From the NCBI GenBank assembly GCA_945869195.1, contig CAMBNV010000008.1, forward strand, positions 1,367 to 65,366: 64,000 nucleotides of DNA, read 5' to 3'. Shown in pieces: positions 57,889 to 64,000 of this stretch (position 1 is the first letter of the stretch; each line of letters begins with the position of its first letter). Made by a program: the position numbers and the translations under genes. The notes below the pieces were generated by a model, which had not been told where the DNA came from, searched no databases, and saw only the letters and a program-made list of their open reading frames with translations. The stretch is from Gemmatimonas phototrophica (GTDB taxonomy: Bacteria > Gemmatimonadota > Gemmatimonadetes > Gemmatimonadales > Gemmatimonadaceae).

Positions 57889-60660
57889 TTACGGCGCCTT
57901 GACATCCCGTAGCCGTTTGAGCACCTCGCCCAGGCGCTGCATCTCACGTCCGTACGTCGCCCAGTCGTCCGCCCGCTGCGCCGCGCGCGCCGCGTCGTAG
58001 AGCTTCACGGCCTCGGCCGTGAGCGCCGCCCGCGACTCGGCGGCCGTCTCCGTCGGACGTGCCGCGGTGCTGCCACTCGCCGTGGCGGCGGCCGCGCCGG
58101 CCCGAGGCACCGCGCCACCGCCGAACATCACCTGCAGGGCCCGCTCAAGCGTCTCCTCCATCACCACCTGTCCCTCGTGCGCGACGATCACGCGCTTGAG
58201 CTCAGGGATCTTTCCTCCCGACGCCTGCAGGTAGAGTGGCTGGACGTACAGCAGCGAGGCTTCGATCGGGATCACCAGCAGCTCGCCGCGAATCACCTCA
58301 GAGCCGCCCTGATCCCAGAGCGAGACCTGTTGCGAGACATCGGTGTCCTGGTAGATCCGACTCGCGACCTGCGTCGGCCCGAACACCAGGCTCTGCCGTG
58401 GGAACCGATAGGCGATCAACTGCCCATAGTGCTCCCCGTCATTCCGCGCGACCATCCAGGCCGCGAGGTTGTCCTTCTGTCGCGGGGTGAACGGACGCAT
58501 GAGGAGATACTCTGCTGCCTTCTCCCCGGGCAGCCGCATGACGATGTGCCGCTGGAAGCCTGTCCCGTCCGCGGCACCGGTACCAGTGCCTGGGATCTGC
58601 CACTGGTCTTCGCGATGATAGAACGTCTCGGCGTCGGTCATGTGGAAGGTGGCGTAGAGCGACGTCTGCGCGCTGAAGAGCAGCTCCGGGTACCGCGCAT
58701 GCGCCCGCAGGTCGGCCGGCATTTCGGCCATCGGTCGGAGCATCCCCGGATAGATCTTCGCGATCGTTCTGATCATGGGATCGTCCGGGTCGCTCAGGTA
58801 CGCCCGGACATCGCCGTGGTACGCATCGATCGTCACCTTCACGCTGTTGCGCAGATAGTTCGTCCCGTCGCGGAGCCGTGCCGAGTACGGGTAGCGGGCG
58901 GTCTGGGTGTAGGCGTCGAGCATCCACACGAGGTGTCCGCTGTCAGTCACAATGACATACGGATCGGGATCAAAGGTCAGGAACGGCAGCGCCTTCTCCG
59001 CACGTTCGCGCACGTTCCGATAGTAGAGGATGCGGGTGCTGTCCGTGAGATCGCTCGAGAGCAAGAGATTGAGTGCCCTGAACCGAAGCGCGAACAACGC
59101 TTTCGTCATGACCGACCGAATCGGAACACCAGCCTTGCCGGTGTACGTCGAGTAGACGCCCTCGTCTCCGTCGCGTGCCGGATGGTCAAACTCGCGCTGC
59201 CGCGACGGCGCCAGTGCGAAGGTGCTCGGCAGTTCACCGAAGTAGATCTGCGGCCGCGTGATCGTGCGGTCAACGCTCGACGTCGGCGGAAGATCCTTGA
59301 CCCAGAGGACGGGGAGCCCTTCGGGTGTTACCTGATTCGTCGGGCCCATGGTCAGACCCATCCCATGCGTGAACGTGAGATGCTCGTTCACGAAAGTCCG
59401 GGTCGGCAGTGCCGAGACGTCCAACTCGCGCGCCGAGAGGAGCACGTGGCGCAGCGCGCCGTTGACGACGTAGCGGTCATCGTCGACAGCGACGAACTCG
59501 TAGTAGGTGCGGATCGACTGCAGCTGCCCGAAGGTGCGGAGCAGTGGCTCACGATCCCACAGGCGCACATTGTCGATTGTCGCGCGGTTGGCCTCGAGAT
59601 CGCGCGCGGTGAGCAGCTGCGCGCCGTCGAGCTCCCGCCGTTCGACCTTGTCGAGCCCCCACGCCTTGCGTGTGGCGGCGATGTGGTGCGCAATCTGCGG
59701 CGCCTCGCGCGCGAGCTCATTGGCTTGCACCACAAGTCGCTGGTAGGCGCTCGGAATGAGACCGGTGAGCACAATGGCGAGCACGAAGTAGCCGAGGATC
59801 ACGCCACCGGCGATGCGTACCACGCTGCCACGACGCGCGCGCCATAGTACCGCAATGCTTCCCCCGGCGAGCAAGACCGCCAGCAGGTAGAGCGACGGGA
59901 GCACGATCTGGATGTCCGTGAGGCTCGCGCCCTGCAACGGCCCATGGGTGCCGAAGAGCAGCGCGGGCGCCTGGACGAAGGCGATGCGAATGGCATGTAC
60001 GAAGAGCAGCAGGGCCACGAGCACTCCGGTGTGGAGGCTCACACCGGGATCGACGCGAAGCCCGGTCTCTTGGAGCCGGATATCACCGCGCGCGACATAG
60101 ATCGGGACCACGAGCGCAATCAGGGCGAGGGCGAGCGCGGCGGTCACCAGATTGAGCGATAGCTGGAGCGTCGGCAGCGTGAAGACGTAATAGGCGATGT
60201 CGCGCCCGAAGATCGGGTCGACCTCGCCGAACGGCGTGCGATAGACGTACTGCACCAACGTGCGCCACTCCGCCGCCGCGCCGAACGCGATGAGGGCTGC
60301 GCCGCCGAGCGAGACCGGGAGTGCGAGCATTTCGGCCAGGCGCACAAAGAACCGCTCGCGCATCTCGAGCCCCCCCTGCGCGAGCACGCGGACATCCTCG
60401 CGGACGCGTTCAATACCGCGCAATGCCACGCGCGCATTGGCATAGAGCACCGCGAACGCCATAGCACCCACCAGGAGTCCCAGGCTCCATTGGGCAACGA
60501 TCTCGAGGAGGAAGACGCGCTCGAATCCGACTTCCCGGAACCAGAGCCAGTCGGTGAGCTGGACCGCGACGCCGCGCAGGAGGAGGAAGGCGGCGAAGAT
60601 GAGCGCGAGCCAGATGAACGGCTGCGGACGCGAGGGACTCGTGGGGAGCGACTTTGGCAT
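57889..60660 (-). CDS. UPF0182 family membrane protein
   Basis: DWLWFREVG, DPIFGRDIAYYVFTLP, NVRLWD, YTHG-like FTHGMG, YLRNSVK..DAYHG, KDNLAAWM. Confidence 0.92.
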   Translation of the reverse strand: MPKSLPTSPSRPQPFIWLALIFAAFLLLRGVAVQLTDWLWFREVGFERVFLLEIVAQWSLGLLVGAMAFAVLYANARVALRGIERVREDVRVLAQGGLEMRERFFVRLAEMLALPVSLGGAALIAFGAAAEWRTLVQYVYRTPFGEVDPIFGRDIAYYVFTLPTLQLSLNLVTAALALALIALVVPIYVARGDIRLQETGLRVDPGVSLHTGVLVALLLFVHAIRIAFVQAPALLFGTHGPLQGASLTDIQIVLPSLYLLAVLLAGGSIAVLWRARRGSVVRIAGGVILGYFVLAIVLTGLIPSAYQRLVVQANELAREAPQIAHHIAATRKAWGLDKVERRELDGAQLLTARDLEANRATIDNVRLWDREPLLRTFGQLQSIRTYYEFVAVDDDRYVVNGALRHVLLSARELDVSALPTRTFVNEHLTFTHGMGLTMGPTNQVTPEGLPVLWVKDLPPTSSVDRTITRPQIYFGELPSTFALAPSRQREFDHPARDGDEGVYSTYTGKAGVPIRSVMTKALFALRFRALNLLLSSDLTDSTRILYYRNVRERAEKALPFLTFDPDPYVIVTDSGHLVWMLDAYTQTARYPYSARLRDGTNYLRNSVKVTIDAYHGDVRAYLSDPDDPMIRTIAKIYPGMLRPMAEMPADLRAHARYPELLFSAQTSLYATFHMTDAETFYHREDQWQIPGTGTGAADGTGFQRHIVMRLPGEKAAEYLLMRPFTPRQKDNLAAWMVARNDGEHYGQLIAYRFPRQSLVFGPTQVASRIYQDTDVSQQVSLWDQGGSEVIRGELLVIPIEASLLYVQPLYLQASGGKIPELKRVIVAHEGQVVMEETLERALQVMFGGGAVPRAGAAAATASGSTAARPTETAAESRAALTAEAVKLYDAARAAQRADDWATYGREMQRLGEVLKRLRDVKAP

Positions 60661-61067
60661 CAACGTATGCAGGAGGGGAGCGGAGCGTCCTAAGGCGTTC
60701 TTCGTCCCTTAACTCTGTGGTGCCGCGTACCAATACGCTATAGGCGAGCCCCACCGGACGATTTGTGGCGACGCGAGCCCCGACGGTACGATACGCCGCC
60801 AACTCCGATGCAGCTTCCCTGGCCCGCGTACCCAACAGCCGTCCAACTCTTCTCTGCCTCGCCGCTGTGGGCGGCCGCCTGGGGTGCGCTCGCTACAATC
60901 GACCGCCGCGATCGGTGTCCGGCGTAACGGCGATGCGGTAACTTTGCCGCGGGAGCCTCCGCTCCCGCCGCACCCCTGGCGGCATGAGGTGCCGGCGGTG
61001 AATGCGGGCATTAGGCCCTGACAGTCGCCATCTTTCGGTCTTCATCCTTCAGCCTTTATCGGATTTC

Positions 61068-61991
61068 ATGACAAAAATCGGCGAAACCGCGTGGATTTGG
61101 CGCGACGGCCAGTTCGTGAAGTGGCACGATGCCAACGTCCATGTCCTCTCCCACTCCGTGCAGTTCGGCTCCGCCGTCTTCGAGGGCATTCGCTGCTACA
61201 AGACGCCTCAGGGACCGGCGATCTTCCGGCTCGACGCCCATCTCAAGCGAATGCTCAACTCGTGCAAGATCTATCGCATGGACCCGCCCTGGAGCGCCGC
61301 CCAGCTGACCGAGGCGCACATTGAGACCGTGCGGCGCAACAAGATCGAGTCCTGCTACCTCCGGCCAATGGTCATGCGGGGTTACGGCGCTGCCGGCATG
61401 GTGCCCCACGATAGTCCGATCGAGACGTTCGTTCCCTGTTGGCCCTGGGGCGCCTATCTCGGCGACGAGGCCCTCGAGAAGGGCGTCGATGCGTGCATCT
61501 CGACCTGGCACCGCGTGGCTCCAAATACAATCCCCACGGCCGCGAAGATCGCCGGTAACTACCTCAGCGGTCAGCTCATCAAGATGGAGGCGCTGCGCAA
61601 TGGCTTCGACGAAGCGCTCGCACTCGGCCCAGACGGCATGCTCAGCGAGGGATCAGGGCAGAACATTTTCCTCGTAGATGGGGGTGTCCTCCTGACGCCG
61701 CCGATCGACGGTACCCTCCTGGCGGGCATCACCCGTGACACCGTGCTCAAGCTCGCACAGGAGGAAGGAATCCCGGTGCAGGTCGGGCCGCTCACGCGAG
61801 AGTCGCTCTACACCTGCGACGAGGTCTTCGTGTGCGGTACGGCAAGCGAGGTCACGCCGATCAGGAGCGTCGATCGCCTGCCGGTCGGTGATGGCACGGT
61901 TGGCCCCATCACTCGTCGGATCCAGCAGCGGTTCCTCGACATCGTGAACGGTCGCGAGCCGGACACGCACGGGTGGCTGACGTTGGTGTGA
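61068..61991 (+). CDS. ilvE: Branched-chain amino acid aminotransferase
   Basis: HSVQFGSAVFEGIRCY, AKIAGNY, EGSGQNIF, LAGITR, GTASEVTPI. Confidence 0.93.
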   Translation: MTKIGETAWIWRDGQFVKWHDANVHVLSHSVQFGSAVFEGIRCYKTPQGPAIFRLDAHLKRMLNSCKIYRMDPPWSAAQLTEAHIETVRRNKIESCYLRPMVMRGYGAAGMVPHDSPIETFVPCWPWGAYLGDEALEKGVDACISTWHRVAPNTIPTAAKIAGNYLSGQLIKMEALRNGFDEALALGPDGMLSEGSGQNIFLVDGGVLLTPPIDGTLLAGITRDTVLKLAQEEGIPVQVGPLTRESLYTCDEVFVCGTASEVTPIRSVDRLPVGDGTVGPITRRIQQRFLDIVNGREPDTHGWLTLV

Positions 61992-62070
61992 GGTGTGGCG
62001 TCGCTGGAACTTTTGGAACTCCATCGTCGGGGCATGGTACGATCTGGTTGACTGCCACCCCGGAGACCCC

Positions 62071-63513
62071 ATGCCCCGTTCCACCGCCGCCGTTCTCCTC
62101 GCACTGACACTGGTCCGTGCGAGCACTGCGTTTGCGCTCCCAATATCGCGCGGAGCACAGGAGCCGACCGTCAGGGCGGAGTCCGTCCAGGACGCACCGC
62201 TCTACACCGTCGAGGAGCTCGACAATCTCCTCGCGCCGGTCGCGCTCTACCCCGACCCGATCCTCGCGCAGCTCCTCGTCGCGGCGACCTATCCGGATCA
62301 GATCGCGTTGGCCGCGCGCTACATCGCGACCTACGGCACCCTTGACATCGACGATCAGGCGTGGGACCTCAGCGTGAGATCGATTGCGCGCTATGCGCCC
62401 GTGCTGAACATGTTAGCCGAACGCCCCAACTGGGCGACCGCGCTCGGCGGCGCCTACGCGCTCCAGCCCGGCGACGTGATGGCGAGCGTACAGAGCCTGC
62501 GACAGATGGCGCGTCAGCAGGGAAATCTCGTCTCCACTGCGGAGCAGCGCGTCGAGGTCGAGCGCGAAACGATCCGCATCGTGCCGGCGCAGCCGACGGT
62601 TATCTATGTACCCGTCTATGACCCCCACGTGATCTATTATCGCCCCGTGGACTACTTCCATGTGCGGACCCCCTATTGGTCGTTCGGCCTCGGGTATCCG
62701 ATCGGCAGCTGGCTCGCGTACGATCTCGACTGGTCGACGCGTGTGGTGTACTACCATGGCTGGAACAGCTATGGCCGCCGGCACAGCTGGTTCGACGTCT
62801 CGCGTCCGCACATCTCGTTCGGCGGCATCTATATCAGATCGCCCCGCACGGTGGTGGTGATCAATCGCAACATCGTGCACCGCCGCGTGTCGTATGACGG
62901 CTTCGACCGCTACAACATCGTGCATCGCCGGACCTCGTGGGATCGTCGGGATCTCCCCGGGCGAGGCAGTGTGGAACACGCTTCCACTCCGACCCGGCCA
63001 GACCGCTACGGAGTTCCCACCGGTCGCGGTGTCGGTGTGAACACGCCGAGCAGGGGTGACGCGGGACGCGGGATCGTGCCGCGCGCCGACAACGACTATC
63101 AGCGCCTCGGCAACGATGGTCAGCGTCGCGACAACGGTGCGGCTCGAGTGCCGCGTGCCAATGGCAGCACCGCCGCCGACCGGGTGAAGCCCGTGCGCGA
63201 AGGTGGGAACGGGCGTCCGACTCCCGAGCCTTCGAACACGCCGTCGCGGACCGCACCACGCCCGGAGCCGACGTACGAGCCACGCAACATTCCACGTACC
63301 AGCGGTCCACGGGAGAACGTGGAACGGTCGTCACCGCGGAACGAGCCGCGTGCGAGTCCGAGGACCGAAACGCGGAGCCTGCCGCGGGTCAGCGCCCCAC
63401 GCGCGAGCAAACCGCGCAGTACACCCCGCAGCGAATCACGCCCCGCACGCAGCGCACCGGAGGAACCGCTCGCCGCGCGCCCCACCAGCGGAGGCGCGAA
63501 GCAACGGCACTAG
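62071..63513 (+). CDS. DUF3300 domain protein with long disordered C-terminal tail
   Basis: LLAPVALYPDPILAQLLVAATYP, WDLSV, DVMASVQSLR; GGAG before ATG. Confidence 0.88.
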   Translation: MPRSTAAVLLALTLVRASTAFALPISRGAQEPTVRAESVQDAPLYTVEELDNLLAPVALYPDPILAQLLVAATYPDQIALAARYIATYGTLDIDDQAWDLSVRSIARYAPVLNMLAERPNWATALGGAYALQPGDVMASVQSLRQMARQQGNLVSTAEQRVEVERETIRIVPAQPTVIYVPVYDPHVIYYRPVDYFHVRTPYWSFGLGYPIGSWLAYDLDWSTRVVYYHGWNSYGRRHSWFDVSRPHISFGGIYIRSPRTVVVINRNIVHRRVSYDGFDRYNIVHRRTSWDRRDLPGRGSVEHASTPTRPDRYGVPTGRGVGVNTPSRGDAGRGIVPRADNDYQRLGNDGQRRDNGAARVPRANGSTAADRVKPVREGGNGRPTPEPSNTPSRTAPRPEPTYEPRNIPRTSGPRENVERSSPRNEPRASPRTETRSLPRVSAPRASKPRSTPRSESRPARSAPEEPLAARPTSGGAKQRH

Positions 63514-63515
63514 CA

Positions 63516-64000
63516 CTACTTCGCCGCGAGCCGGCGAATCTCCGCCGCCATCGCCCGCACACGAGCCGCGTCCGATGCTCCGGCCACGTCCTTGTCCACC
63601 TCGGCCGCCAGCGCCGTGAGCGTGCGACGGCGCGCCCGCCCGCTCTGCTGCTCCGCCGAGGTCAGCGCCTGATCGATCGAGGTGGAACGGTGCGCTGCGA
63701 GCCCCTGCCCACGCACCAGCTGGTCCAAGTACGACCGCACCACCGGGAAGGCTGCCGGCCACTCGAGCCGCGGCTGGCTCTGCGGATTGTACTGCACGAA
63801 CCGCACGAGCTTGGCCGCGGCGATCTCGTTCGCCGAGAGCTGCTCGCTGGGCGTCAGTGCGATCACATCGAAGCCGCGATCGAGTTCCGACGAATACACA
63901 AAGCCATTCCAATAGTAGGCGCCCCACGAGCCGCCGATGGTGCCGCGGGCGCGACCGCCGGCCGGCGGCGTTTGCGCCGGAGGCGGGACCGGCACGTCTG
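63516..64000 (-). CDS. C-terminal part of a probable LVIVD-repeat protein (5' end outside the window)
   Basis: GGSWGAYYWNGFVYSSELDRGFDV..NPQSQP; frame open to the window edge. Confidence 0.55.
   Translation of the reverse strand, partial: DVPVPPPAQTPPAGGRARGTIGGSWGAYYWNGFVYSSELDRGFDVIALTPSEQLSANEIAAAKLVRFVQYNPQSQPRLEWPAAFPVVRSYLDQLVRGQGLAAHRSTSIDQALTSAEQQSGRARRRTLTALAAEVDKDVAGASDAARVRAMAAEIRRLAAK

Noticed and set aside
63000-63513. Repetitive Pro/Arg/Ser-rich tail
   Set aside because: Typical disordered C-terminus of DUF3300 proteins; no discrete repeat unit.
1-64000. Hundreds of 60-420 aa alternative-frame ORFs rich in Arg, Ala and Pro
   Set aside because: Shadow ORFs of high-GC genes; they have no family motifs and overlap well-supported CDS.
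1-64000. Mobile elements, prophage, tRNA and rRNA genes
   Set aside because: No integrase or transposase motifs, terminal repeats or tRNA T-loop signatures were found by eye.

Overview
High-GC (roughly 65-70% by eye) bacterial chromosomal segment, probably Gemmatimonadota. That assignment is an inference from gene style and content; no search was run. I see about 49 CDS and no rRNA, tRNA, CRISPR array, integrase or transposase. Main blocks: (1) many exported peptidases and hydrolases (M14, M19, S9, M20, metzincin, gluzincin, DUF885, D-aminoacylase, PhoD, amidohydrolase); (2) sahR-like regulator plus ahcY, with a clear promoter and operator; (3) a phenylacetyl-CoA (paa) locus at 22.6-35.9 kb that lacks paaK, paaE and any regulator, but contains a fused 2-oxoacid dehydrogenase E1 and is flanked by a Leu/Phe-dehydrogenase homologue, suggesting a direct Phe -> phenylpyruvate -> phenylacetyl-CoA entry route; all five of its transcription units look leaderless, two of them from one 22-bp bidirectional promoter; (4) a periplasmic redox block at 40.7-51.6 kb with two PAL-like NHL propellers, HupE/UreJ, two paralogous cytochromes c, a PQQ dehydrogenase, a Tat-exported sarcosine-oxidase-family flavoprotein and a signal-peptide-bearing Rid protein; (5) a copZ-csoR-PLP dehydratase operon whose copZ appears to start at CTG. 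Many ORF-track starts were moved downstream by hand. Family calls come from recalled motifs, and all pathway proposals are hypotheses.
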